DNA of 64,000 bases, from positions 1-64,000 of the IMG/VR virus record IMGVR_UViG_3300017786_000003; one strand, written 5' to 3'. A model generated the notes under the pieces. It was given only the letters and a program-made list of their open reading frames with translations, was not told the DNA's origin and searched no databases. Position 1 is the first letter of the stretch, and every line of letters begins with the position of its first letter. The position numbers and the translations under genes were made by a program. Shown in pieces: positions 1 to 10,112 of the stretch. This DNA is from a virus.

Positions 1-663
1 AAATTGATCACTAGTATCCATTAGTAATCTAGCATAATTATTTGCTTGATTATAAAAATATATACTAGGTGATGATCCACTATTATCATCCATCACTAGG
101 TCACCAGTCATTGTATCACCTGCTACTTCTACATATCTACCATCAAGATCTACTGTAAGAGAAGACAGACCATTTCTTGCTGCAGTAAGTATACCATTGC
201 TTGTATTAAAACTTAAACTAGTTAAATAGTGATTATCATTATCATTAGCTGAGTTTAAAGTTATAGTATCACCACTTGTAGTAATAGTCATACCACCAGC
301 TGCAACCAATGTTAATGTATCATTATTAGAATCAGCTACTACAGTACTTTGTCCACTAACTGCAAAATTCTTAAATATATTTTGACTTGATCCTTTATCT
401 GTATTAGTTAAAGTAATTGTACCATTACTTGTTATAGGAGATCCACTAACACCTATACCACCCCCATTAGAAATTGCAATGCTAGTAACAGATCCACTTC
501 CTGTTCCCGCACCTATATCTGATCTTATTTGTGATTTAGTTCTATATTTAAGATTACCTCCGTCCCAAACCAGTATACCTGTATAAGAAGAATTATCATT
601 AGATATAGAAGACACACTTAAAGTACCTGTTACTGACTGATTATTTAAGAAGTTTATTGCCAT
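1..663 (-). CDS. Tail fibre-like protein, N-terminal part (runs off the window edge)
   Basis: Not in ORF track. ATG at 663 opens a frame with no stop to position 1: MAINFLNNQSVTGTLSVSS...GSVTSIAISNGGGIGVSGSPITSNGTITLTN...LTVDLDGRYV. The G/S/T-rich GSVTS...SPITSNG repeat matches the adjacent fibre gene. Confidence 0.75.
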   Translation of the reverse strand, partial: MAINFLNNQSVTGTLSVSSISNDNSSYTGILVWDGGNLKYRTKSQIRSDIGAGTGSGSVTSIAISNGGGIGVSGSPITSNGTITLTNTDKGSSQNIFKNFAVSGQSTVVADSNNDTLTLVAAGGMTITTSGDTITLNSANDNDNHYLTSLSFNTSNGILTAARNGLSSLTVDLDGRYVEVAGDTMTGDLVMDDNSGSSPSIYFYNQANNYARLLMDTSDQF

Positions 664-704
664 CTAATTTATTTTTAATCAAAAATACAAAATAAAAACA
701 TAAT

Positions 705-736
705 ATGAAAGAGTGGTAATTAAGCCACCCTTTCAT
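705..736 (-). terminator. Intrinsic terminator
   Basis: ATGAAAGAGTGG/CCACCCTTTCAT stem just downstream of the 748..3117 stop, followed by T-rich sequence on the minus strand. Confidence 0.55.
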
Positions 737-747
737 AAATTATATTG

Positions 748-3117
748 TTATCTTATTTTTTGGACAAGAACTCTTAACGTGTTAGCTGTAGTAGTTCCTG
801 AAGTAGTAATTGTTACTTGAGTTGTAGAATTTCTTTCAACTCCACAAAATACAGTATTCCCAGAACTCTTCTCATATACTTGAACAACCACATCTAAAGT
901 ACCTAAACTATGTGTTATAGCCTGAGATGCTGAATCACTTGATGGCCAATCTACTGCATAACTTTGAGCATCTACATGAGACTTTAAAGTAGCTGGAGTT
1001 ACATATCTAAATGAATCAGTACCTGCATCAACTTCAGCTTGTGTTGCAATTTCAGTTACACCACGTGCCCCTGTTGTTGAATCAGGTAATGTTCTTGTAG
1101 AGTGTGATTGAATAACACCATCAGTCATATTTAACTGATCTATTACAATAACACCTGAAGTATTAATATCTGAGTCAGTACCAATAATGTAATTAGGAGT
1201 ATTTGCTAACATAGCATTTGATATACCACCTGATTTAATTGTAACAAATCCATTTGCTGTTGCTGAGAAAGAAGCACTACTAAATCCAGCAACACCTTTT
1301 TCTGTTGCTCCATCTGTTGCACCTGTACCTGCAATGTTTTGATCTTGAATAACAATACTATAAGCTGTTGCAGCTGGATTAGAACTTGCACTAATATTTG
1401 AATTAGCGTAAATCATATCTCCTACCTCAACTGCTACACTACTACCATTAAAAGCTATAGTACCATCTGTTGTAACAACAAAGAAGTCACCTGTAGTAAG
1501 AGCAGTGTTACTTGCACCTGCTATTGCTGGTGAGTTTGTACTTGCGTTATATCCTCCTTGGAATACACCTACTCCAGCTACTAATGATTGTACCTGTCCT
1601 AAGTTTACACCATCAGAAGATGCTGTACCATTTGCAACACCCGTTAGTTTATTAGAACCAAATGCAACATCTGCCTCAGCAGCACCCCATTGATTAAGGT
1701 GTACATTTTGATATAATATCTTTTCATTAGCCGTTCCATCTACACCTACTAAGAAATCAGCAGCAGGATCAATAGTTGTAACTGTAGTCAATTCACTTAA
1801 GTCAAGTGTAATACCAATATTACCACTACTTGTAATAGGTGAATTACTTACATCTAATCCTGTGCCTGGAGTTATACCTATACTTGTCACACCATCTACT
1901 GGTAAAGTAGCAAGTGTTAAGTTACCTAAAATTACTTGTGAAGCAGAACCTGCACCAGCAATGTTTATGTTACCATTGGATGTAAGTGGACTATTAGTAA
2001 TTGTAAGTGCACTACCTGTTTCTGTAATACCAACACTTGTAAGTCCTGTATTTGTATCTGCAGCCCATTCTACAATTCCACCTGAAGATACTTTTAATAC
2101 TTGTCCTGCTGAACCTATACCTAATTTAGCTAATGTTGATGCACCAGAAGCATATAGTATATCTCCCGTTGTATAACTTGAAAGTCCTGTACCACCATTA
2201 TCTACATCTAATGTACCTGACATTGTCATTGTACCATTAGAAGTAATTGGAGAGTTACTGAAAGACATTCCTGTTGAACCACCACTTACACCTACTGAAG
2301 TTACAGAACCAGCAGCTGCATTAATATATGTTTTTAATTGAGATAAGTTTGCATATTTAGCATTAGTATCAGTTGCATCAGAGAATAAGAAGTCATCTGC
2401 ATCAGCTAAAGTTATAGATGTTCCATCACTTGCAGCTAATACCACGTTATCACTTCCTGCATAATCTACTGCTAAAGTTCCACTAGTAGTTATTGTACCA
2501 CCAGTTAAACCTGCACCTGTAGCTACTGAAAGTACTGTACCATCTGCACCAAATCCAGGGAAGTTAGATAATAATGATTTTTTAATTGTATTATCACCAG
2601 CATCAGAAAACCATAATGTATCTGCACCAACAGGTGTTGCAGCTGTAGCAGATAAGATTGCATTGTCAGTTCCTGCATAGTCAATGTTAACTGTTGGAGT
2701 AACTGTTGCTGATCCACTAATTGTAATACCAGTACCACCTGATACGGAAGTTACAGTACCAGCTGCTGAGTCAGTTCCTGTAACTGTAAGTGTATTACCA
2801 CTTCTTGTTACTCCTACTGTACCAGCACCAACAATTAATACATCATCATTAGTTCCATCTGATCCTGCTAATCTAATACCAGCTGATCCATTTGATGATC
2901 CAACACCTGATAAATCATATGTTGTGTTTGCCTCTGTCCCTGATTGAATAGCTACCCATGCACCATTGGCACGCAAAAATAGTTTATGCACACCAGTGTC
3001 ATAGTAAATTTGCCCATTACCATATACGGTTGGAGAAGATCCCACGGGTTGTACAACTGCATTTTGCAACTGACTTCCATGTAAATCTATATTTTGTAAA
3101 TATTTTATACTTGCCAT
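748..3117 (-). CDS. Tail fibre / virion fibre protein
   Basis: 789 aa, G/S/T/A-rich. Repeats G(T/S)VTSV..G..G....SPITS.G and V(N/A)(I/V)DYAG(T/S)DN...F.D, an EIATQAEVDAGTD...VTPATL fibre motif, and a C-terminal ITHSLGT.DVVVQVY domain. Confidence 0.8.
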   Translation of the reverse strand: MASIKYLQNIDLHGSQLQNAVVQPVGSSPTVYGNGQIYYDTGVHKLFLRANGAWVAIQSGTEANTTYDLSGVGSSNGSAGIRLAGSDGTNDDVLIVGAGTVGVTRSGNTLTVTGTDSAAGTVTSVSGGTGITISGSATVTPTVNIDYAGTDNAILSATAATPVGADTLWFSDAGDNTIKKSLLSNFPGFGADGTVLSVATGAGLTGGTITTSGTLAVDYAGSDNVVLAASDGTSITLADADDFLFSDATDTNAKYANLSQLKTYINAAAGSVTSVGVSGGSTGMSFSNSPITSNGTMTMSGTLDVDNGGTGLSSYTTGDILYASGASTLAKLGIGSAGQVLKVSSGGIVEWAADTNTGLTSVGITETGSALTITNSPLTSNGNINIAGAGSASQVILGNLTLATLPVDGVTSIGITPGTGLDVSNSPITSSGNIGITLDLSELTTVTTIDPAADFLVGVDGTANEKILYQNVHLNQWGAAEADVAFGSNKLTGVANGTASSDGVNLGQVQSLVAGVGVFQGGYNASTNSPAIAGASNTALTTGDFFVVTTDGTIAFNGSSVAVEVGDMIYANSNISASSNPAATAYSIVIQDQNIAGTGATDGATEKGVAGFSSASFSATANGFVTIKSGGISNAMLANTPNYIIGTDSDINTSGVIVIDQLNMTDGVIQSHSTRTLPDSTTGARGVTEIATQAEVDAGTDSFRYVTPATLKSHVDAQSYAVDWPSSDSASQAITHSLGTLDVVVQVYEKSSGNTVFCGVERNSTTQVTITTSGTTTANTLRVLVQKIR

Positions 3118-3154
3118 GATTACTTATTTATTTGTTATTTATTATTTGTTTTAA

Positions 3155-3700
3155 TTAATTTAAATACGCACAACCAGAAAATGCTGAATTGAACGTTAAT
3201 ACTATTATATTAGAGTTGGTATATGCTACACTTCCAACTACTACACTGTTACCACTATCTACTACCGTAACTGAAGGAAAATCTCCAAGATTATGAGTAA
3301 TAGTCCATTGAGCTAAAGGAGAATCTTGACAGAAAGTATAAGTACCTGTATCTGCAATTATCTCAGCTAAATCAATTATAGTACATACATTAGATGGAGT
3401 TGCAGGACAACTGTAACTTGCTTCTTCATTAGTTTTAGCTAATGGTTCAACAAAAGTTCCTTCTATACCCGTTGCTACAACAACTGCTGTTGATGCACTA
3501 TTTTGCCAATCACATAACCACTTATTATTAGATGCGGTTCTAAAATCTTTATAACAACAACTTTCTATACCAAACTTTACATTTTTAAAATTAGCATAAG
3601 CTTGATTTGCAAAATTTTGTTCAGTCTGAATTCTTTTTAAAAGAGATAACTCTTTTTCTTGTGCAGAATTACTTGACTTAACTATTGTTGATGTTGCCAT
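3155..3700 (-). CDS. Virion structural protein (tail/fibre adaptor-like), Cys-rich
   Basis: C-terminal WTITHNLGDFPSVTVVDS...LTFNSAFSGCAYLN domain, common in phage tail proteins; late operon context. Confidence 0.65.
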   Translation of the reverse strand: MATSTIVKSSNSAQEKELSLLKRIQTEQNFANQAYANFKNVKFGIESCCYKDFRTASNNKWLCDWQNSASTAVVVATGIEGTFVEPLAKTNEEASYSCPATPSNVCTIIDLAEIIADTGTYTFCQDSPLAQWTITHNLGDFPSVTVVDSGNSVVVGSVAYTNSNIIVLTFNSAFSGCAYLN

Positions 3701-3701
3701 A

Positions 3702-3887
3702 TTATTTATCTCTTAAATCACGTATTTGCTGTCTAGCTAATTCCAATGCAAGATCTCTTGATGTATCTACATTTTTAGAAGTTCTTTCAAGATTAGTCTT
3801 ACAATCTCTACATACTAAAACTCCATTATGATAAGCTTTTTGACAGCCACACGTAAATTGTTTATTACATTGTGTACAATTTGCCAT
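3702..3887 (-). CDS. Small Cys-rich (Zn-finger-like) protein
   Basis: CxxC, CxC and CxxC in 61 aa; tightly packed in the operon. Confidence 0.6.
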   Translation of the reverse strand: MANCTQCNKQFTCGCQKAYHNGVLVCRDCKTNLERTSKNVDTSRDLALELARQQIRDLRDK

Positions 3888-3902
3888 TTGTCTGGTTTTA
3901 TA

Positions 3903-4478
3903 TTACATTAAATATTTACTACTTGATCCACAGTTACCTGATGGACATAAAATTTTATTTAATCTTTGTTTAGCGTAATTATATAGTTGCATTCCTTGTG
4001 CAGAAGATTGACAATATTCTACATTTGAAACAGCAGCATCTATCATTGTTCTAATGTAATAAAGTTCAGATAACAATTCTTCTTTATCTGAATTAGGTTG
4101 ACATGCTTGTACATCTAGACCACAAAGTACATTATAATACTCTGTCATAAGTCTAGTTACTCTTAAGTGATTATATTCTACATATACTTTAGAGTTTGGT
4201 GATACACTATATTTTATAATATATATACCATCAGGAATGTTTTGTTGAACTGTTCCACATTCAGTTTTTTGTAAAGCTAATGTGCATGCTGTCAAACACA
4301 TATCAAAATCTTTGTCAACTTTAATCAGCACTGGAACTGTGTAGCCCGGTAAAGTAATTAATAATTCTTCACAATCTACTGCTAATTCTTTGGAGTATTG
4401 ACTAGTATCTTTTATACATAATAAGTCACAATTAGATACAGTAGGAATCTCCAAGCTTAATATATGTTTGTTTGCCAT
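3903..4478 (-). CDS. Conserved structural protein (tail ring/hub-like), Cys-rich
   Basis: IPDGIYIIKYSVSP motif and helical C-terminus; lies downstream of the auxiliary capsid gene as in crAss-like gene order. Confidence 0.55.
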   Translation of the reverse strand: MANKHILSLEIPTVSNCDLLCIKDTSQYSKELAVDCEELLITLPGYTVPVLIKVDKDFDMCLTACTLALQKTECGTVQQNIPDGIYIIKYSVSPNSKVYVEYNHLRVTRLMTEYYNVLCGLDVQACQPNSDKEELLSELYYIRTMIDAAVSNVEYCQSSAQGMQLYNYAKQRLNKILCPSGNCGSSSKYLM

Positions 4479-4505
4479 TTTCTATTACTTTATTACACTA
4501 TATAG

Positions 4506-4517
4506 ATAATATACAAA
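4506..4517 (-). promoter_or_regulatory. Putative late promoter motif TTTGTATATTAT
   Basis: Same motif recurs at 6283, 11453, 56992, 57066 and 63507, each upstream of minus-strand late genes. Confidence 0.55.
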
Positions 4518-4542
4518 AAAAACAAGAATATATAAAATAAAA

Positions 4543-4568
4543 AGAGCAGGAGTTTGAACCCCTGCTCT
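4543..4568 (-). terminator. Intrinsic terminator
   Basis: AGAGCAGG/CCTGCTCT stem with a T-tract on the minus strand, after the 4594 stop. Confidence 0.7.
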
Positions 4569-4593
4569 AATTAAATTAAAAAGATTTAACTTT

Positions 4594-6189
4594 TTACAAT
4601 GTGTAAGTATCTACTACTAATGCATTACTAGCAGTTGCAGCCCAGTTTACTAAACCAGTCATTAAATTACCCATTGCAGCTTCTAAACCAGCAATAGAAG
4701 GATCAATATAAATTTTATATACATATTGATCATTATCAAATACACCTGATGGATTATTATATCTAGGCACTGAGTGTCTTACATAATAAGCAACATATGT
4801 TTTTGATCTATCTACAGCAGCAAGAATTTCATCAGACATTTCAATCTCTCTGATTCTAGCACTGTCAGCATTTCCTTGGTTATAAGGACTTTGACGGTAT
4901 CTTTCAGACATGATTAAATCTCTAACTACTCTTTCACCTTGAGTTTGTTCCATTGATCCAGCTGTTCTTGAAGCAACACCACAATCATTACATGGATTAC
5001 CAGTCTCATCTAATTCAGATAAGATAATTTCTACTGGCTCAGCATTATAATGATCTCTAGTATCAAATGAACAGTTACCAAATACTGTATCTACATAAGC
5101 TCCTTTTACTGTTAATTTAGCAGAAACTTTAGGTCCTGCAGCAGCATTAGGAGTTAATGATGCAGTATAATTACCTGCAGCAGCAACACCAGCAGCTTGA
5201 GCTACTGTATATACACTAGTAGTTGCTACACCAGCAGCAGTTGTTGAAGTTACAACAACACCACCAACAGATAAACCAGCACCACCTGCAGCAACAGTTA
5301 ATTTACCGTTAGATCCAGCACCTCTATTAATAGTGATAACATCACCAACTTGGTATCCAGCACCAGCTTGTGCAACAGTATATCCGTTTGCAGCAATAGG
5401 TCCAGTACCACCACCACCTGTAATAGCAGTAATTACAAATACAGCATTCTCAAAACCTGGACGGCTTGAAGCTGTAATAGCAGAACCATTAGCATCAACA
5501 GCAGTTGATGGTAATTGAGTTGCCGCTACAGCATATCCTGTACCTGCAGTTAATGTTAAACCAGCCCCTTTTACAAGACCATCAACATCACCTTCAGCAA
5601 CAAATGGAGTAATTAATGGGTTACCAGCTTGATAATTTACATCATCTTTAGCTAAACCATTCCCTATAGCTTGCTCAGCCATTCTAGCTAAGATTAAAGC
5701 AGGGTCAATAAATTCTTGTCCATCTACACAACATACATTTGATGAGTCAGCAATTGCATATGCATTATGATTTAAAAATCTTAATGCAGGTGAACCTTTA
5801 ACATCAATTCTCATAAATTGTGTTTTTCCACAAGGAGCACAATCAGAAGCTAATGATAAGCTTGCTGTAGCATTAGATGCAGTAGTTGTGTCTTGTTTCC
5901 ATAATCCAGTAATAAATCTTGGGTTAATACCTTTTGATTTTACTGATTCTTTGTAACCCCCATGTCCTGGGTTGTTACCAATTGTGTCTTTAGTGTAGTA
6001 TGAACCTTGTACAATGTACGCTAGATTCCCAGTTCCAATAACTCCTGCTGGAAGAGCTACTGTTTCCCAGTTACTATCACTTACCAACCCAATCTGTCCT
6101 GCCGTTAAAGCAGAGGTAGCTGTGCCACCAGCAGCGTCTACTGACGTTGCTACAAACGTTTTATTAAACGCATGATTAAAATAAGCCAT
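4594..6189 (-). CDS. Auxiliary (minor) capsid / decoration protein
   Basis: 531 aa, A/G/T-rich, with its own promoter and terminator (suggests high expression). Position after the ring-protein gene matches the crAss-like auxiliary capsid locus. Has a central G-rich insert (GAGYQVGDVITI). Confidence 0.55.
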   Translation of the reverse strand: MAYFNHAFNKTFVATSVDAAGGTATSALTAGQIGLVSDSNWETVALPAGVIGTGNLAYIVQGSYYTKDTIGNNPGHGGYKESVKSKGINPRFITGLWKQDTTTASNATASLSLASDCAPCGKTQFMRIDVKGSPALRFLNHNAYAIADSSNVCCVDGQEFIDPALILARMAEQAIGNGLAKDDVNYQAGNPLITPFVAEGDVDGLVKGAGLTLTAGTGYAVAATQLPSTAVDANGSAITASSRPGFENAVFVITAITGGGGTGPIAANGYTVAQAGAGYQVGDVITINRGAGSNGKLTVAAGGAGLSVGGVVVTSTTAAGVATTSVYTVAQAAGVAAAGNYTASLTPNAAAGPKVSAKLTVKGAYVDTVFGNCSFDTRDHYNAEPVEIILSELDETGNPCNDCGVASRTAGSMEQTQGERVVRDLIMSERYRQSPYNQGNADSARIREIEMSDEILAAVDRSKTYVAYYVRHSVPRYNNPSGVFDNDQYVYKIYIDPSIAGLEAAMGNLMTGLVNWAATASNALVVDTYTL

Positions 6190-6282
6190 AATTTCAAATT
6201 TTGTGTGGAGACCATTACCCCCACTGGTTATAAATAAATGATTTAAACAGTTTACTCTGCTCGTAACATCAGTGTTACTATA

Positions 6283-6294
6283 ATAATATACAAA
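6283..6294 (-). promoter_or_regulatory. Putative late promoter motif TTTGTATATTAT
   Basis: Exact copy of the recurring motif, about 95 nt upstream of the 6189 start. Confidence 0.55.
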
Positions 6295-6308
6295 AATTAA
6301 TTGATATA

Positions 6309-7016
6309 TTAATTATTTCTTTCTGCTGCTGACTGCCCTCTTTGTTGTTGATATATGTTTTCTATATCACCAGCAATTATTGCTGCAGCATCATCTAACA
6401 TAACTTCTACCAAGTCATCTTTAAATTCACAGTTTACATTTACTGTACTTACATCTCCTGTATATGGATTCACACATCCTTCTACTTGTATTAATACTGG
6501 TTTTTCATAGTAAGTCAATACAGGATTTACAATATTAAAATTAGAATTTCTATATATTCTAATTGTATTACCTAACATAGTACAAAAAGTTTCACCCCAT
6601 TCAAAATCAGGATTCTTTAATGGATCTCTTAATAATAACGGAACATTAGCTTCTTCTGCTAAATAAACTGTCATTGATCTTGGGGTTGTACAACATTCAT
6701 CTGTTGCATCTGTTGAAACTCTTTTAAATTCTAAGTATGTATCTGTTGGAAAATTATTAGATTCAAAATATGTATCTGTTACTGTTCCAGTTAAAGATAA
6801 CTCTCTTAATAATGGTTGTAAATCATCTATTCTTTTTTTAGATAACTCATCACCCTCTTTATACATGTTGCCACCGTGTAGATTTCTTCTACACCACTCT
6901 ATCTGTGCTTTATTAAATGCTTCAGTAAATTGCCAACATTGAATATTATCATAGTCTTGACTATCTAATTTATTTAGTCTTTCTTTGAGTTTAATTAAAA
7001 GGGTGCTATTCTCCAT
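6309..7016 (-). CDS. Tail ring / head-tail connector protein (crAss-like conserved gene downstream of MCP)
   Basis: FNKAQIEW...KRIDDLQPLL...LTYYEKP...CEFKDDLVEVMLDDAA pattern typical of crAss ring proteins; synteny. Confidence 0.65.
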   Translation of the reverse strand: MENSTLLIKLKERLNKLDSQDYDNIQCWQFTEAFNKAQIEWCRRNLHGGNMYKEGDELSKKRIDDLQPLLRELSLTGTVTDTYFESNNFPTDTYLEFKRVSTDATDECCTTPRSMTVYLAEEANVPLLLRDPLKNPDFEWGETFCTMLGNTIRIYRNSNFNIVNPVLTYYEKPVLIQVEGCVNPYTGDVSTVNVNCEFKDDLVEVMLDDAAAIIAGDIENIYQQQRGQSAAERNN

Positions 7017-7029
7017 TATTTATTATTTA

Positions 7030-8049
7030 TTATGCATTCCAATAAGGTTCTACTTTTGCTAATAATGATAAAAGTAGTTCTTCATTATCTGGACTCTTTA
7101 AAAATTCTAAACACTCTGCTGGTCTTTTACCTAATCTAACACCACTATCTAATGGTTCTATCCAACCGCTAGCTTTAGTTGTTAAAAATCTGTAATACAA
7201 TGCATCTTTAATTAATGCACGTAATTTTAGTTCTTCCATATCCATTTGAGATACTTCTAAGAACTGACTAGCAGCACGTTTTTTATTACTTTCTGCTCCT
7301 TCACCATTAATGTACATATCCATATTTTCATATAATATATCATTTGGTATACTCTTCACATATTGTACACTATCAACATCCACTATTTTTGCAACATATC
7401 TTAATTTAGTAGTATTACTATCAAATAAATTTTGCAAGTTTACTAATGATCTATTTCTAAGTTTAGATAGCTCTGTTCTAGTACTCATAGTTTCTTCAAC
7501 AGTATCTAAATAAAACTTAGGACTTGGAGTAGCTGCTTTTGCCTCTTTCAGAGATTTAGCTACTATAGAAAATCCTCCTGCTAATATTGCATATAATTTT
7601 ATTTTGTCATATGGATCAGTTTCCGGATCTAAAAACACTGGATCATTTCCACATCTAAGTTGAATTTTATCCCAAAACTTAGAGTTATCAGGTTTCATAA
7701 CTGTCAACTTATTCCAAAATTCTTTATCTTCTGGATCAACTACATTAGCAGCTAATTCTGCTTCTAGCTCAGAAACAACTTTTCTTATCTCAGCTACCTT
7801 TGCTTTCCTTTGAGCTGGTTTTAACATTTTAACTTCAGGTGCAAATTCATTCAACCCTGTTACATATCTTTTAACCCCATTCATTTCTAAACAAGCCAAG
7901 CTTTCTTGATGAAACACTCCATCATGTAAAGCTAAACCATATTGTTCTAATCCCATGTTTTCTTTAGTAGGATTAAAATAAGGGCGTATAGCTACTGTGC
8001 TATTCTTTTTTGTTTGTTGATATTTTTCAACAATAGTGTAATCTTCCAT
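7030..8049 (-). CDS. Conserved crAss-like protein downstream of the major capsid gene (assembly factor)
   Basis: 339 aa in the syntenic position; YVTGL and FWDK motifs. Confidence 0.55.
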   Translation of the reverse strand: MEDYTIVEKYQQTKKNSTVAIRPYFNPTKENMGLEQYGLALHDGVFHQESLACLEMNGVKRYVTGLNEFAPEVKMLKPAQRKAKVAEIRKVVSELEAELAANVVDPEDKEFWNKLTVMKPDNSKFWDKIQLRCGNDPVFLDPETDPYDKIKLYAILAGGFSIVAKSLKEAKAATPSPKFYLDTVEETMSTRTELSKLRNRSLVNLQNLFDSNTTKLRYVAKIVDVDSVQYVKSIPNDILYENMDMYINGEGAESNKKRAASQFLEVSQMDMEELKLRALIKDALYYRFLTTKASGWIEPLDSGVRLGKRPAECLEFLKSPDNEELLLSLLAKVEPYWNA

Positions 8050-8089
8050 TTTTTGGTTTTTTTTAAAAATTAATAATTGTTATTCACGT

Positions 8090-8110
8090 CAAAAGTACAT
8101 AATTATGTAC
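8090..8110 (-). promoter_or_regulatory. Bacteroidota sigma70 -7 box (TACTTTTG) overlapped by a perfect 16-bp palindrome GTACATAATTATGTAC
   Basis: CAAAAGTA at 8090-8097 reads TACTTTTG on minus; palindrome at 8095-8110. Confidence 0.5.
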
Positions 8111-8171
8111 ATTTTTATTATTACTAATATTTCTAAAGCAAGGTATTACCCTTGCTATAGTTATTTGACTT

Positions 8172-8369
8172 CTAGCTTACAACTATTTTTAAATCTCCTG
8201 ATGAGTGATATAAGTCCCCCACAGCTAATCCGGCAGCAACTGCTGCAGCATTATTTGCATGGTCTCTTAATAAAATATCTTTACCAACTGCTTTTGATGC
8301 AATTATTTTAGAAACACTCAAATTAGTAAATTCTGTTGTCTTATTTGCTAACTTAACATCTACTCCCAT
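8172..8369 (-). CDS. Small virion (capsid decoration-like) protein
   Basis: 65 aa directly after MCP. The HANNAAAVAAGLAVGDLYH motif also occurs in 21125..21457. Confidence 0.55.
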   Translation of the reverse strand: MGVDVKLANKTTEFTNLSVSKIIASKAVGKDILLRDHANNAAAVAAGLAVGDLYHSSGDLKIVVS

Positions 8370-8395
8370 GATTATATATTTTAAAGGTTAAAAAT

Positions 8396-8428
8396 AAAAA
8401 GGGAGGAGGTATTACCCACCTCCCCTTT
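8396..8428 (-). terminator. Intrinsic terminator after major capsid gene
   Basis: AAAGGGAGGAGGT/ACCTCCCCTTT stem plus T-tract on minus. Confidence 0.7.
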
Positions 8429-8438
8429 AATTATAGTT

Positions 8439-10058
8439 CTAGAATGATCCTCCTGTTACAGGGTTTCTCATTACAATTTTAAGAACTTTAGTTGGATCCT
8501 TAACCCATATAGCTGGCATGGTTTGAGTCATATATACTCTATACCCATTGAACTGTCCTGTAGAAGCAAATCCTTGAGTTCTTCCCATGTAGTCCATAGT
8601 ACCATTTTGGTAGAACCACTTAAGTTGATTATCCCAAGAAAGTTTTAACAAGTGAATGTTATCATTTCCTTCATCAGTTACGTCAAAGATGATAAAACTA
8701 AATGAACTTAATGGTCTTCCATCAATTAATGGATTCTCAATATCATTAGTATTTAGATTATCAAATGCTGGATTTAATACAAATTTTACATTAGCTAAGA
8801 AAGGAATAGTAAAGCTTGTGTAAGCAAAACCATAATCTAAGTCCATTCCTGAACCAGATACTGCTCCAATCTCAGAAGCGTTTTGTACTAGACCTGAACC
8901 ATACACTTCATCAGCAATTGCTTTGTTGATAAGTTGCATACCACCAATACCTGTTTGTACAACAAGTGATCTTTGTGGGTCTGGCCCTTTAAATTCTACT
9001 TTACCTTGATAGAAGTTGTAAAGTTCAGATTTAAACATGTCAAGTGTAAATGATGACTTGTTATAAACTCTCTTAAATGAGTTATCTAACTGTGACCATA
9101 AACCAACAGATAATCTAATATCATCCGGTCCATCTTGTTTAATTCTACCACCTTTACCCCACATTAGGTAAGTTTCAATATCCGTTGCAATTTTAGATAA
9201 GTGAGCTGCTTCCATATTTGTAATGAAAGTTCTTGTTAGAGTTCCATTCTCAAATGCTTCTCTAGCACCTGCTTTACCCATAGTTGCTACTAACCCTTCA
9301 ATACTTGGTACTGATGGATTGTTTGGATCATTATCAAAATTTCTCCATATTTCAGTTACAGGTACTGTACCATCAGCGTTTAATCCACCTTTGATCATTA
9401 AGTCTGCTCTTGAAGAAATTGAATAGTGTACGTGAGCTTCAGCTCCTCCTACATAATTGTAGAATTCACGGAAACCAGAACCTGTCTCAATATCAGAGAA
9501 TCTTTCTCCATACTCACCTCTAGCAGAACCTTTTCTAAAGTACTTAGTTCCTTTTGCTAAATATTTGTTATCTAAGAAAGCTGTGTTATTATTGTTAACT
9601 AATTGAACAGTGTAAATGAATCCATCACCTGCAGGAATAATATCAGCTGCTGTAATGTATAATTCAAGACCATTATACTTATCATAAGTAATAATGTCAC
9701 CATGTCCAAAAGTCCTCTTGTTGATTTTTATCTGAAACGTAGTTCCATCCACACCCTTACTTGCATTAGCAGAATCTAAGTCTACTACAATGTAAGGTAA
9801 ATCTTGTGCAATAGGAGTTTGCCATTTGTACTCACCACGTGCATTATCCACCATGATTGTATTCTTTCCACCAAATGAAGCCATCTGATATAAAGGCATT
9901 TCCACTTTTTGTGTCATTGCCCATAAATCAATAGGTCCCATATCCATTGGCTCAGGATTACCAAGCATTTGGGTAAGGTGATAAGAATCAACATGTGAAC
10001 TAGCTTTGTAGCTTGTATCTCTTAGGAAAATCCCATTATTTAATACTGGAGTTGCCAT
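8439..10058 (-). CDS. Major capsid protein (crAss-like, HK97 fold)
   Basis: 539 aa following portal and scaffold; YLMWGKGG...VGLWSQL and VQTGIGGM motifs; C-terminal IWVKDPTK typical of crAss MCP; strong codon bias. Confidence 0.85.
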   Translation of the reverse strand: MATPVLNNGIFLRDTSYKASSHVDSYHLTQMLGNPEPMDMGPIDLWAMTQKVEMPLYQMASFGGKNTIMVDNARGEYKWQTPIAQDLPYIVVDLDSANASKGVDGTTFQIKINKRTFGHGDIITYDKYNGLELYITAADIIPAGDGFIYTVQLVNNNNTAFLDNKYLAKGTKYFRKGSARGEYGERFSDIETGSGFREFYNYVGGAEAHVHYSISSRADLMIKGGLNADGTVPVTEIWRNFDNDPNNPSVPSIEGLVATMGKAGAREAFENGTLTRTFITNMEAAHLSKIATDIETYLMWGKGGRIKQDGPDDIRLSVGLWSQLDNSFKRVYNKSSFTLDMFKSELYNFYQGKVEFKGPDPQRSLVVQTGIGGMQLINKAIADEVYGSGLVQNASEIGAVSGSGMDLDYGFAYTSFTIPFLANVKFVLNPAFDNLNTNDIENPLIDGRPLSSFSFIIFDVTDEGNDNIHLLKLSWDNQLKWFYQNGTMDYMGRTQGFASTGQFNGYRVYMTQTMPAIWVKDPTKVLKIVMRNPVTGGSF

Positions 10059-10112
10059 AATTGTTCTTGTTTTTAAATTTAGTTAATAATTGATTATATT
10101 TAATTTTCGTAA

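Noticed and set aside
1206-2947. Short antisense or alternative-frame ORFs over the fibre gene (likewise 5333, 7310, 9223, 49782, 50901, 53051, 54524, 55951, 57696 and others)
   Set aside because: Shadows of codon-biased real genes, with no motifs or start context of their own
4543-4568. GGTTCAAA T-loop-like sequence on the minus strand suggesting a tRNA
   Set aside because: It is the loop of a terminator hairpin; no cloverleaf can be built
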